DNA of 64,000 nucleotides from contig CM121341.1 of assembly GCA_051530055.1 (NCBI GenBank), positions 13,370,784 to 13,434,783 of the forward strand, given 5' to 3'. A model generated the notes under the pieces. The model made no database searches, was not told where the DNA came from, and saw only the letters and a program-made list of their open reading frames with translations. Each line of letters opens with the position of its first letter. Position 1 is the first letter of the stretch. Shown one piece after another: positions 25,420 through 36,747 of this stretch. This stretch comes from Neoechinorhynchus agilis. Its lineage: Eukaryota; Animalia; Acanthocephala. Both the position numbers and the translations under genes were made by a program.

Positions 25420-25945
25420 AGTTATATAAACACGTTTTATTTATGTAAAAAATGCCGGATCCACAAACTTGCCAGCATCTTTCTTTGCTAAACGGTGTGT
25501 GGATGACGGATGTTAAAGGCAAGGGAGGTGGGACTTGTTTTTGAAGGGGTGTTGATGTGGGATTGGAGGCTTTGTAAAGGAGATAACCGATTGGGAGTCT
25601 TTCTTTGTTCTCCAGTTATTAAGGAAAGATTGGGCTTGGGGGAAGAAAGATTTTTGGTAGAGGGTGGTACGAGCGAGGGGGGGGATGAAAAAGGTTGGGG
25701 TTCTGGGTGTTTACGAGGGAAAAGTATTTAGAGATGAGGGAAGAAAATTATGGAGGGGTGTTGAAGAAGACGGAGGGCGTTTTTGGAGAAAATGGAGTGG
25801 AGGTGGGCGTCGAGGGGAGGGAGTGAAGTCCCGCATATTCTAGCTGCTCTCTTGTGGAAGGTCTCAAGGGAATGGAGAGCATTGAAGGAGAGGGCGAGGA
25901 AAGTGGGGAAAGCGTATGTAAGGATAGGAAGGATGGCAGAACATC
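25420..25945 (-). mobile_element. 3' fragment of an L2/CR1-type LINE inserted into the 580-bp repeat copy
   Basis: Manual translation AILPILTYAFPTF..LETFHKRAARIC..LPPLDAHL..ARTTLYQKSFFPQAQSFLN; absent from the 13790 copy. Confidence 0.7.
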
Positions 25946-27011
25946 AGCTCGACAAAAGCTTCAGAACTTCTCAGCAGCCTCGACGAATTTTCCACACTTA
26001 AATGTCGTTACTTTAACACACTCCTCACATCTTCATGTACTCTTGTAGATTCTCGAGAAAGATGTAAGATGGCAACTCTTTTATACGTCGATGGAATTTT
26101 CTCTGTTCCGTGTAGATTTTTACTAAAAGATTATGGTTGTTTCGGACCTCGTCGGTTTCAGCATCAGTTTGTGAACAAAACACTTAAACTAACTGATGAT
26201 GAACCCGACGAGCTTCGGAACGTCTCTAATAAAAAATTATTTAACGGGTGAAGATCTAAATACCTCCTAACATATCAACATTACTTTAAAGATTTCAAGT
26301 TTGTTGATGTTAAATCGAGCAGTTTTTTATTTCTAAAATTTGTATCTCAATTTCGCGTCTTTCTTTGAACGATATTCTATTTTATGTGTAGAAAGTAATT
26401 AATGATATTTTGGTATTTTGCGTTATAATAACAACACGTTTTATTTGTTATTGATGCACATGAAGACTTGGGATAGAAAGAAAAATTGATGTCATTGAGA
26501 TTGGAATTCGGGTCAGGTTGGATGGGGAAATTCAATCTCGTTGGAAGGTCCGGTATGGGTGGGAATTATCAGTTATTGATCCCAGAAGAGTCTGTGAGGT
26601 TGGGTGGGTGGAGATGTGAAGTGTGTTAAACAAGCGACAATGAAGCTGAAAATTCGTCCAACTTTGTTGAGCAGTCCGGTATGAATGACGGATCCGGAGA
26701 GGATGAAGGATCCGGAGTTGATGACGGATGCGATGCGGATGATCGATCCGGAGGGTGACGGCAGACGCCAGAAGGTCTAAAAAAGCGGGATATTTCGATG
26801 TGAACGATTTATCAAAGTTTCAACCGCATCGATGTTCTATCAAAAATATCTTTAAAAGAAGATAAAACTTTTTCCGTGAGATAATAGAAAAGATTTCTGA
26901 TACATAAACACTATTTTTTTACTTTAACGAATTTTAATTTTGTTAACGCGCAACGTGTTTTTTATATATAAAATTCGTATCGAAATTATAAAGTTAAACT
27001 TTGTAATCAGT

Positions 27012-27712
27012 GCGCTTTTTCGCGTCTTTCTTTGAACGATGTTTTTATGAGTAGAAATAAATCAGTTTGTATTTTAGTATTTTGTTTTTTTGCGTTCATT
27101 CTAAAAAACCCGTAAAAATAAGGAAATTTAACAAATTGTTCCTTATGGTCCATTCTCGATAATTCTCCATAAACAAAAAGCGATGATTGAATTTAAATTT
27201 AGAACAGTAAAGATTTCTACTTCTTTGAGAACTTTTGATGTGTTCGTTATCATTTTCAAATTACATTTAAAACAAAATGAATGCCAAACTATTTATTTTA
27301 TCCTATCGATGAAAACATCCATCGAAACTAATTGGCCTTTTGTTTGGCCGTCCATACAAATAATCCCTTAGAAAGACGTCCTTTAGCATAAAGATCGTAG
27401 AAATAATCAAGCTCTTTCACAAATTCCGTCTGACCATTTCCAAGCCGCTATAATTACTGAATTTTCCGTCCAGTAAATCGTCTTTATTCAGGGTGAAGCA
27501 AAAATAGTGCCGTTGTATTTTGCATCTTTGGTGATATTCTTTATCCCCTCAAATGTTTTCAAGCCTTCATTAGAATCGTTCCCGAATAGAACACTGCAAA
27601 CCATTTGTCCGTGAGCGTTAATTTGTTATTAATATCCTCGCTGACGTATCGCACAATCAGTGTCCGATTTTTCTACTTTATAATCCCTTACTCGCCGGTC
27701 TTCGATGTCGAT
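27012..27712. repeat. ~700-bp inverted duplicate of 42192-42890, carrying a degenerate unknown ORF
   Basis: Matching short ORFs 27183-27371(+) and 42531-42719(-); end-to-end nucleotide similarity. Confidence 0.9.
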
Positions 27713-28962
27713 TACAGAACTGGACGAAAAAGAGGAATTTGTTAACGGAAAGAATGAATTATATTATAAATCGTTAGCAAATGCAAATTGAGGCCCATTT
27801 GCATCATTTACTACTTTTCGCACTTTTCGGAAAAAAAGGTGGGCGTAACAGTTTTCCAAGAAACTATAAATGAGGATTTGAAGCCTTCTAACCCTCAGAT
27901 GGATAAAGGATTATTGTAAAAGTTGAGCGTAAGTGCACCTTTTATTCCTAATTTTCAAACTATAAAAATATACTTTAAGGTTTTATTCATTCAACCTCTT
28001 CTCGAATGCTCGTATCATTCGCATCTTTGTCGACGTTCGTTAAGCGCCTTATTCACACTTCAAGGTCTGATTAAGCGAGGTTTCCAATTTCGAAATATTC
28101 CCCAATAATAAAGCAGTTCATCATCACCATTCAATATTTACCATACCGAAGGATCTTCTTGATGTGCGCCAAGAAGTGAGAGAATCAATACGCAGATCAA
28201 TTGATTGCCGAAATTGCCGGTCTACATTTTAGAAAAAGGGGAATCTTCGCGCCCAAGTGTCCATTTTCGTCAACAAAACTTAATCATAGTATAAAAACTT
28301 TAATGTGACGTCACACAAACGCCAACTAATTTCTCCATTATTATAACATTGTAATCAATTCTAAAGATATCCAAATGGCTTTCGCTTTTTACGTTTTGAT
28401 ACAATCATTCCGAGGGGGTATCTTTCGTGTATTAAGATTCAAATTTTTCATTTAAGAGCACAAAAAACGGTTTAAGATGTGTAACAACTGAGCTCTTCGA
28501 TCAAGTATTTTTAATACGCAAAATGGCCTTAAAGAATCGTTAGGTTTTATTTTTCTCTTTCAAAAGTCCGTTATATTATAACGTTTGGTATTGTTCTCTT
28601 TTCTCACTACGTTATTGTTTAGATCGCTTATCGACAACCGAGGGAGATCGTTAAAGGCGAATATATTTCGACTGATTGAATCCGTGTCATTGCTAATCGT
28701 TTGCAAGTATTTACGACAGTGCGTACGAAATTGTTTATCGCCAACGCTCTGTGTGTGTATTTGTTATTGAATACCGTACCGAACGCGGAAGAATCGTATA
28801 CTTGCCGTATTCATCGTCTTTCGCTCATCGAACAAGTATCTCAGTGTGTGTCTTATCAAGAGCTCGGGATTTCCGAAGCCGTTCTATTAAGGCGCTCGCA
28901 GCGTTCATAGTGTTTTACCCTTGAACTTTTTGAATATCTATTAATCCCTAATTATAGATTCA

Positions 28963-30240
28963 ATGAAGAGAAACACTTCAGGAGCAACCATGAGCCGGAG
29001 TAGCAGTTCTCAATCGGATATGCAAAGTGATAGCGTAAATCGCGTCATTTCAGAGATTCGTGACTTAATAAATGGCAAACGATTGAACGATGAACGATTA
29101 CCGCAGGCAATAATGGAACTCAGTGAGGCCAATTTATCGATAAAGGACGTAAAAAAACTCAAGTTAGGTCACATGATTGATACAGTTCGAACTAGTGCCA
29201 TGGTGGATGCTGAAGTCAAGGTCGTCTGCAAGCGGATGCTCAAAAAATGGAAGAACGAATCGATGGAGTTCAAGAAACGGCTAACGCAATCAAGTGGTCT
29301 TGAGCAGTCTTCGGATGCGTCCATGTCTTGTTTATTGAGCTTCGAAGAAAAATCCCAACCAACCGTTGATACTCTCGTCGAACGTAAACGTCCAAGGCTA
29401 AATGAATGTAGCGAACACGAAATGATTGAAGTAGCTAAGGACGATGCTTCCTTTAGAGGTCGGTACCTGGACGAAGCCAACGTTCAAATTGTGGAGCAAG
29501 AGATATCTGAGGATGTGAAAGTAAAAAATATGATTGACTCCCCGGTACCAAGGATTGAAGTGGTCGCAAAGAAACGACATCATAAAGATCGCGATCGAAG
29601 TGAAGTCCGTGATCGACCTTTTAAGAAAGAGAAACGGAACGAAGTTCGACAAAAGGAGGATGATTACACAAATCGGGATCATCGACCAAGAAATAACGGC
29701 GACCCAAAATACGTCTGTGAAGATTTTGATTATATCTTGACGCGAATCAATGATGCCGCCCGGATAAGATGTCGACGGGTTCTTCTACGCTCTCTTCAAA
29801 TTGATGAGAAACCGCTGGACGAGACGGACGCTCTTCTTGCTTGTGAGATTGAGTCCAAAGTGTTTGAAATCTACAAAGTTGCCGATGATACGTATCAGAC
29901 TCACATGATGACCAGGATGCATACTTTGTACGGCACGAAGAATTTGGGTCTGAAACTCAAGGTTAGAAACGGACAATTGTCTCCGACGAGGTTCGCGAAT
30001 ATGACCAGAGACGAACTCTGGAGCGAGCGTAGGAAACGGCAACGAGAACAATGGAAAAAAGAAGCAATTGATCACCGATTAATGCCGATGACCCAGGGAA
30101 CGCGGACTACAATGTTGACTTGCGGTAAATGCAAGGAAAAGGATTGTACGTACACCCAACTTCAAACACGATCCGCCGATGAACCCATGACGACGTTCGT
30201 GTATTGTAATAAATGTGGAAATCGGTGGAAGATGAATTGA
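28963..30240 (+). CDS. TCEA1: Transcription elongation factor TFIIS, 425 aa, intronless
   Basis: C-terminal zinc ribbon TCGKCKEKDCTYTQLQTRSADEPMTTFVYCNKCGNRWK; N-terminal domain with LKKWK; domain II/III signature. Confidence 0.93.
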   Translation: MKRNTSGATMSRSSSSQSDMQSDSVNRVISEIRDLINGKRLNDERLPQAIMELSEANLSIKDVKKLKLGHMIDTVRTSAMVDAEVKVVCKRMLKKWKNESMEFKKRLTQSSGLEQSSDASMSCLLSFEEKSQPTVDTLVERKRPRLNECSEHEMIEVAKDDASFRGRYLDEANVQIVEQEISEDVKVKNMIDSPVPRIEVVAKKRHHKDRDRSEVRDRPFKKEKRNEVRQKEDDYTNRDHRPRNNGDPKYVCEDFDYILTRINDAARIRCRRVLLRSLQIDEKPLDETDALLACEIESKVFEIYKVADDTYQTHMMTRMHTLYGTKNLGLKLKVRNGQLSPTRFANMTRDELWSERRKRQREQWKKEAIDHRLMPMTQGTRTTMLTCGKCKEKDCTYTQLQTRSADEPMTTFVYCNKCGNRWKMN

Positions 30241-30631
30241 ATGGCCTTCTTGTTATTGATATAGACCGGACATTAGTAGTGAGCGATCGAATAATAAGAA
30301 TGATATCGCCTGTTTTGCTTGTTGGGATTGGATTCTCAGTTTACCGCGAGTTCTTTGTAAAACATCCAGCAAAAACCATCTTCCTCGACGCAAGAGAGGG
30401 ATGTTGGTTGGGAAACTACTGGGAAATCCTTTTATTGATCACGTAGTACCTATTAGTGTTATTTTGCTTAACAAACAAGACAATTGAGTCATGGAGGGTG
30501 TAGGTTCCAAAAAGCAGAAAACAAACGCAGCGAGAACACTTTTCTAGAATTAGTCTGCCTTCTAAAGTGAAAGCAGTTTAAATTGATGTATTTAAAATTT
30601 AGATGTTTTTTGGTACCGAATGCGATTCTCG

Positions 30632-30709
30632 AATGGTCCAGTTGACTTGAGATTTGAATCTTTGTTTCAAGGTAAAAAAAGGTTCAAATCACAAGTTAAC
30701 TGGGCCATT
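30632..30709. repeat. Hairpin/MITE-like palindrome
   Basis: aatggtccagttgacttgagatttgaa vs ttcaaatcacaagttaactgggccatt. Confidence 0.7.
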
Positions 30710-31022
30710 TCAGCGATTTTATTCGCTTCCCTGATCAATAAATCAGTGGGCTTTGCGACCAAATTCAGCCGTGTATCGACAACTTAATTTACACTAATAA
30801 AATAAAGAGATTTTCAACTTTTACTCGACCAGAATATAAAAGTGAAAAGTCTCAAAGAATCTGCTTCGGATTTTCTCATTGGATTCTCTGTGAGCACTTA
30901 ACCAAAATGAACATTTAAAATAGGCTAAAATTTAGATCCAAGAAAAAGAAATTTTTTTGAAAATCCACTTTGGTGTTGCATTTAAACTGCATGTTTACGT
31001 CTTTGGAAACGAATCGTACACA

Positions 31023-32068
31023 TTAGTTTTTGACGCTTTGGCTAAGTTGCATCTTAATTTGAATCCAACTTCGGTACATGACTTTTCGCGACTTTCGGTT
31101 GGTCAGCAATCTTTTGCTTGATTTAGATTCCAATATTTGGATAGAACATTGAGGATGTTTTGACTGACCACTTTCCTTTAATAAAAGTTCTAATTGGTCT
31201 TTATCGAAGAACGTTGCCAGCGTGCCATCTCCCCGGACGAAAACACTGTCTTCGTGTACGCACTTTTCGGGATTAAATCTGAGCTGAGCCATATCGAATC
31301 GGCCATAATCGCGGACTATAAGAATGCCGCGATCTTTTTTCAATAGCGATCATTGTGTGTGTGCGTACGAAAACACAACAATCGTCAAACTCCAGATAAA
31401 CTCTAAAGCCAATCTCAAGTGCATTGGTCCGATCGCACTTAAAGTAAATATACTAACGGCAAAATCAAATCCATCCGCACAATCTCTTAAAAGCTCACAT
31501 CTTCTCGCCGTCATATCGTTACGATCGCATAGATCCACCAATGATAATTGGCATCGACTTTGATCGAAGTTCGGATTTTGTCTAAATGCATTCAATGCCT
31601 TCGACGAGCAATCAAATCCGTGAATGAGGCAGTGCGGTGGTAAGTTCTCAAGGAGCATCAAAGACGTATTTCCAACTCCGCAACCGACATCGACAATCCT
31701 GATTGGATCACCGCATTGTTGCTTTAACGCAAAGTCTGATATTTCCGTATGGAATGCGATTGGTCTTTAGGACGAATAGAAAGTCCAATCGCACGTCAAT
31801 CGATAAACTCTCTCATAATCCAACGACGATCTTTAAAGAACTTATTTCCGTGATTCTGATAAAATGCTTCCCAGTGACGGGCAGTACCTTCTCTCAAAAT
31901 AGCCTCCCGTTGATCCACAGCCATCGATGAAGAATGATTTTCTGCTTCTTTTAAGCGACGTAATGCTTTTTCCATATCTTCATCGTTTAACTCAACATCG
32001 TCCCAAGCATTGTGATCAAAAATGTCCTGATCTTCACTAAAATACCGAGTGCCAAACATTTTTGCCAT
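31023..32068 (-). CDS. METTL2: METTL2-like tRNA N3-methylcytidine methyltransferase, with two problematic junctions (possible pseudogene)
   Basis: FGTRYFSEDQDIFDHNAWDDVE, NKFFKDRRWIMREF, IVDVGCGVGN, IFTLSAI, RDYGRFDMAQLRF, RGDGTLATFF. Confidence 0.8.
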
Positions 32069-32825
32069 CTTTAAGTTCCTGATGGGCAGAGAACGATATC
32101 AGCGATCGCAAAATCTATCTGTAGCACTATATTACGAGCAATTCGTCGCTAATGTGAAAGAAACGCTCCGACTTTTCCTTGTATCGCTTTCCTTTTTCAA
32201 TATTTATCCTTTGATAATTCTTTAAAATTGGTAGCGTTGGCCCGAGATAAGTAATTCTCGGGCGATCTGGCAACGTTCATTCGATGGAAACTACGAAACA
32301 CCTTTATCCTCGATTGCCTTCGAGGATGCATCCAGCATCATTTTTTTGAATCGTTGATTCTCCGATAAAAAATAGTTGGCTGCATCCTTTATTGCTGCGC
32401 TCCGATGAAACCTCGCCTTAAAAATAAAATCAGCGTCGCAGTAATCCTCTTACGCTGAAAGCATTTCCTTGCAGGATTGCTTCCGCGGGAGGTATCTTGT
32501 TTTTAATTGCAAGAAATTATAATTTTTCTTCTTTAATCTTAAAAGTGATTGAGCACCATAAAGAAAGGAAGCGAAAGGAGTTTTCTGGACGATTTCTCTA
32601 AACGTTCAAACAGTTAACCATAAAATAGTTTTCTCATAACATTTCTAAGGGGTTCAAATGCTGAGCGTTATGACGTAGGGACACAAGTAATATCTACATG
32701 AGTTTCTTTTTTTGGATTTTTATCATTAATCTGACGGGTTCTTGAAAATCCTCGTTTATGTCTTCCAAAAACCCTTTAACCCTCAGTTTTCCCAGCTGAG
32801 CAATAATATCCTTTTTAAGGCAAAT

Positions 32826-32885
32826 ACAATAGTCCTCAAGAATGTCTAACATTCTAGTCATCTGACTGAACAAAAGTACACGACG
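32826..32885 (-). pseudogene. 20-codon fragment of an ISWI/CHD-type SNF2 helicase overlapping dispersed repeat copy 2
   Basis: RRVLLFSQMTRMLDILEDYC matches the conserved RVLIFSQMTRMLDILEDY motif; flanks are unrelated. Confidence 0.7.
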
Positions 32886-33522
32886 TTTTGGTTTTTCAGT
32901 ATCCGTAAAAGTTTGTCTAGGAAAGTGGTGATCATAATAACCCTCCCGGATGCAAGGGGGCGATCCAGCGTATCCGGGCCATAATAAAACATTAACACCC
33001 CATTTTAGATGACTAATGAGGCGGCTTCCTAACCTTTCGACAAAAATATCTCTCAATTATGTTTTATCCGGATTGGGGATTACGACCATCACATCTCCAA
33101 TTATGGAATAATTTAGACTATTTAAATAACAATACTTAAAGTAGAAGCGCTTATCTTAAAAACGTGGAGAATCTGTGTCTCATTATAGGTTTTTGATTAG
33201 AATCAATTAAAAGTCTCACTTTTAAACTGTAGCAATCGCTAACGGTTTTTCTATTGAACAATCTCGCCGCAAACGTACTGTTCCAAGATCAAAGTTTCCT
33301 AGTTTGAAGCAATCAAAACGTATAGTCAACCTTCTTGTTGTTAAAACAGTCAAATTTGGATAATTGAAACGACTGCTTATAAGAACCAAAGCTATCACGT
33401 CCCCCATGTTGCCCGATTAACACCGGAATCGACTGTATTTAAAAATCAAATATCAGCGCTTGTTACTGGATTGATCCGAAAGGTATCCATTAAACTCAAT
33501 TTTCCCCTCGCTAAAACTGAAG

Positions 33523-34649
33523 ATGCAACGCCGTATTCTCAATAAAGATGACATGGCAACTTGGCATGATAGTCAAGCTTACGACGATCTCGTCTGCTTT
33601 ATTATTGGTGTATCATCTAAACTAAAGGACATTCGGATGACGGATTTGCCCGTCACAAACGAAGTTGGTAATCCTTGAAATACAAATAGACGTGACGCTT
33701 TTTGTATCTCTTTGCATTAAAGTGCCATAAACGCTTATTGTCATCACTCGATAAAATGGATTCGTGGATCAACGAAAATCCAGTACGAAACTTGGATGAA
33801 TGCCGATTTGGAAATGTCGCTTTTCGTGATTGGCACTCTAAACTCGTTAAGGTATTTTGTTTCCAACTAAAAGCTAGGAAATCCATTTACTCGTCTAGAA
33901 TTCAAAAGAAGTTGTCGAAGAAATATTCAAAGGAACTTCAACGATAAACGTGACCAAGGAAGATTTAGCTACCGCAATCTATGAAGCGTCGCAATATTTG
34001 AATTTGAGTTTTGGAAGTGAAGTCCGACTAGACTACGGAACGGGTACATTTTGTAGTAAGAACTGCTCTTTCGATTTCTCAAAAAGGTCACGAACTCAAT
34101 TTCGTCTTGTTTTTGATGATATTTTTCAAAACGGGAGCTTTGGATTTGAGGTCCGATGCAGTTGTCACCATTCTGGTGGTTTTCCAGAGGTTTGATGCCT
34201 GCAGTTGTGCTTTTATGGCAAATCAAATGTATAGATATTTAAGACTAGTAAGACGGATTCAATCCGAGTACAGACTAGAGCCTGCAGGCAGCCATGGCGC
34301 ATGGAGTCTTGACGACTATCAATTCCTGTGTTTTTTATTTGGAAGTGCTCAATTCAACGATTGTGGAGCTAAACCAAATGATTTTATCGATCCGACAATC
34401 TATACACGCGACGCCAACGACTTTATGTTTATGTCAGCTATCAAACACATAAACGAAGTCAAAAGTGGACCGTTTTTTGAACATTCGAATCAACTTTGGC
34501 AGATATCGGGAGTGCCAACATGGCGAAAGGTGCATCAGGGACTCGTCAAGATGTACAGAGTTGAAGTGCTTGGAAAATTTCCTGTCGTGCAGCATCTTCT
34601 CTTCGGCAAGTATTTTCAGTTTCGGCAATGTGAGAGAATTAATAAGTGA
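33523..34649 (+). CDS. PTPA: PP2A phosphatase activator PTPA; introns 33664-33722, 33852-33898, 34044-34086
   Basis: SQAY, RFGNVAFRDW, SFGSEVRLDYGTGHELNF, LEPAGSHGAWSLDDYQFL, EHSNQLWQISGV, VLGKFPVVQH. All three introns are GT-AG and phase-compatible. Confidence 0.93.
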
Positions 34650-35334
34650 GTTATCTGAGAGTTTTGGAGCTTTTGTCTAGGCGAACAGTCAATAATTTGT
34701 CGATTCTAGCTTATTTTTCGCTCACTTCATAATCTGAGTTCCCCGATTAAAAGCTCAGAAATTCATTTGCGTGGATAAAACACTTTTACAACCTTGATAA
34801 GAGCACGATATTGTGTCGTAATATTCGATTTAATCAATTCCTTCAATTTTTTACGCCATAAATCTTTACATGTTGCTTATTTAAAGTTCTGATTTAAAAC
34901 CCTTAAAAATTAAAGTTCGAATTAAAAGTAAACCTGTGTGAGTCAAACTCTTCTCGAGAGCCAAGTTTGTATGTGTACAATCAAAGTTGAATTAGTACAA
35001 AAAAGAGAATACTGTTGAATATTGCGAAAGATCGGTATGAAATCGATTCAGATTTATCAATCTCAAATAATGAGCACTAATCTTGCGGCGATTCGAAATC
35101 AGAATAAATCATCTTTTGTCTCTTAACTTCAAAAAGATGAATGTAAATTTTAAAATAGCCACTTTTTGAAGAAACTCGCGTCGCTCCATTTTATGCATTT
35201 AAACAAAATTGATATTAGAAATGTAGGGGTGGATTATGTTTAAAATCGTTTATATTTTTGCAACATTTAAAAACTTAGACTTTATTCATCTAAATTCATG
35301 TCAACTGTAGCAAATTCGTTTGAGAAAGTATAGG

Positions 35335-36105
35335 TTATAAAGCTATAGCATTGTTCGGCAGCTGTCTTCCTATCTGTGTTCCTATCCCAGCGATTTCTTT
35401 GAGACGCTATAAAACGAAAGCTAAGTGGTTTTTGGTTTACCAATCACTTACATTCATAAGAGCGCCTCGAAATGCGGTTGGCTGTTCAAGTGTCGTTGCA
35501 ATTCCTGGGGTTCCATGCGGTTGCGTTATCACGGGCGCTTGAGCCACTTGTGGTAGCGAAGACGGAGGTGGCGCAATTGGCAAAGTTGTTGTTGTTGGTA
35601 TTGGCCGATGCTGTGTTGGTTGTCCAATTAATGGTTGAAGATTTGGTGGTACTGTAGGTGTTGTAGTCGGGTAGATTGATCCTGGGTAAAGTCTGGGTTC
35701 TCCAAATTGACCGCTATATCCAGTAGGTGTATAGACGACTTGACCCGATTGGTTCATTATTGGATTTACATGGACAGGTGGAAAGATGATTGGTTGTTTG
35801 CCCAATGGAATCGAAATTATATCAAGGCTTGCATTAGGAAGTTCCCAGGAGGCTCCGGGTATTCCCGTTGGTCCATACGAAGCAAGACCCGTGAATGCCC
35901 CTGGACCAGATGCGGGTAATTGAACTGTTTGTAGCTGAATGGGTTGTTTATATTGGGCACCAACGTACGGGTTTATAATCGCAGGGGAACCAAAATTGAA
36001 ACCAGGAGGAACACAATTATAGAACCCTCCTTTTTGATCAAAGCAGGTGAACGGCTGTTGTGGTATCGACGGCGGATGGAAGTGGTTTCGCAGAATAGTT
36101 CGTTT
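35335..36105 (-). CDS. Pro/Gln/Thr/Gly-rich low-complexity protein; 5' end unresolved; last intron 35451-35407
   Basis: The frame is open from ~36105 to the GTAAGT donor at 35451; a 45-nt intron is followed by RLKEIAGIGTQIGRQLPNNAIAL*. Confidence 0.55.
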
Positions 36106-36399
36106 ATTGTATGAGTTTTCAAAAAAATAGCCACGTCCCCCAAAAATTCAACGGAGATATTGAGTCTGTTTATAATATCACAGGGAAATTATTTTATCTT
36201 ATGTAGGGCTAGCCGGTTACATTTTTTTCTGCTCCGAAACCCTGATTCAGGGTAAAGGGTTCAAATCCCCAATACGAATCACCATTGAAGGGAGGTATCT
36301 GAGGATCCGGAGGGATGTACAAACTTGATTATTGCTTCAAATACGCTTAAAAAATATCATAGGAAATGATTGGGAAAAGATAGTTTTACCAACGAATGC

Positions 36400-36747
36400 T
36401 TAAGCCTCGTTAGTTATGAAAACCCATTGCCTACTTCCCCATTTGGGAAATTCATCATCTTCGTCGCTATCTATGCCATCTCGAGCATCCGTCCACCGTT
36501 GTTTACTAGAATGACTATCCAACAACCGAACACTGGATCCAGTTTTCGTTGACCTCGGTAAGAATATTGGGCGGGCCACTATCCTAACAGGTTCCCCTTC
36601 AACCGCAGTAATGCGTTCCTCTTCCGTCTTTGCATTGTCCACATTTACGACTAAGTCACTTGAGGGCATTGCAACATTAGAGGCAGGCACTACACTTCCA
36701 TCCGCTAATGCAATAAAATCAGCTCCATTTGCGATAGTTCGACCCAT
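36400..36747 (-). CDS. Hypothetical ORF, possibly an upstream exon of the neighbouring gene
   Basis: 115-aa ATG ORF; no recognised domain. Confidence 0.3.
   Translation of the reverse strand: MGRTIANGADFIALADGSVVPASNVAMPSSDLVVNVDNAKTEEERITAVEGEPVRIVARPIFLPRSTKTGSSVRLLDSHSSKQRWTDARDGIDSDEDDEFPKWGSRQWVFITNEA

Noticed and set aside
26680-26780. GGATCCGGAG-rich short repeats
   Set aside because: About 100 bp of low-complexity sequence with no open frame or structure I could support.
31796-31798. Genome-wide TGA reassignment to a sense codon
   Set aside because: TGA ends TFIIS, PTPA and the CAD fragment at or near their expected C-termini; long conserved exons contain no in-frame TGA.
33483-33522. 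U12-type intron upstream of PTPA (GTATCC donor)
   Set aside because: Donor is GTATCCAT, not GTATCCTT, and there is no TCCTTAAC branch site; treated as an ordinary leader intron.
35437-35460. PLAC8/cornifelin call from the ORF ending ...NVSDW after a Pro-rich region
   Set aside because: VSDW is read-through of an intron donor (GTAAGTGATTGG); the spliced product has no Cys-rich PLAC8 domain.
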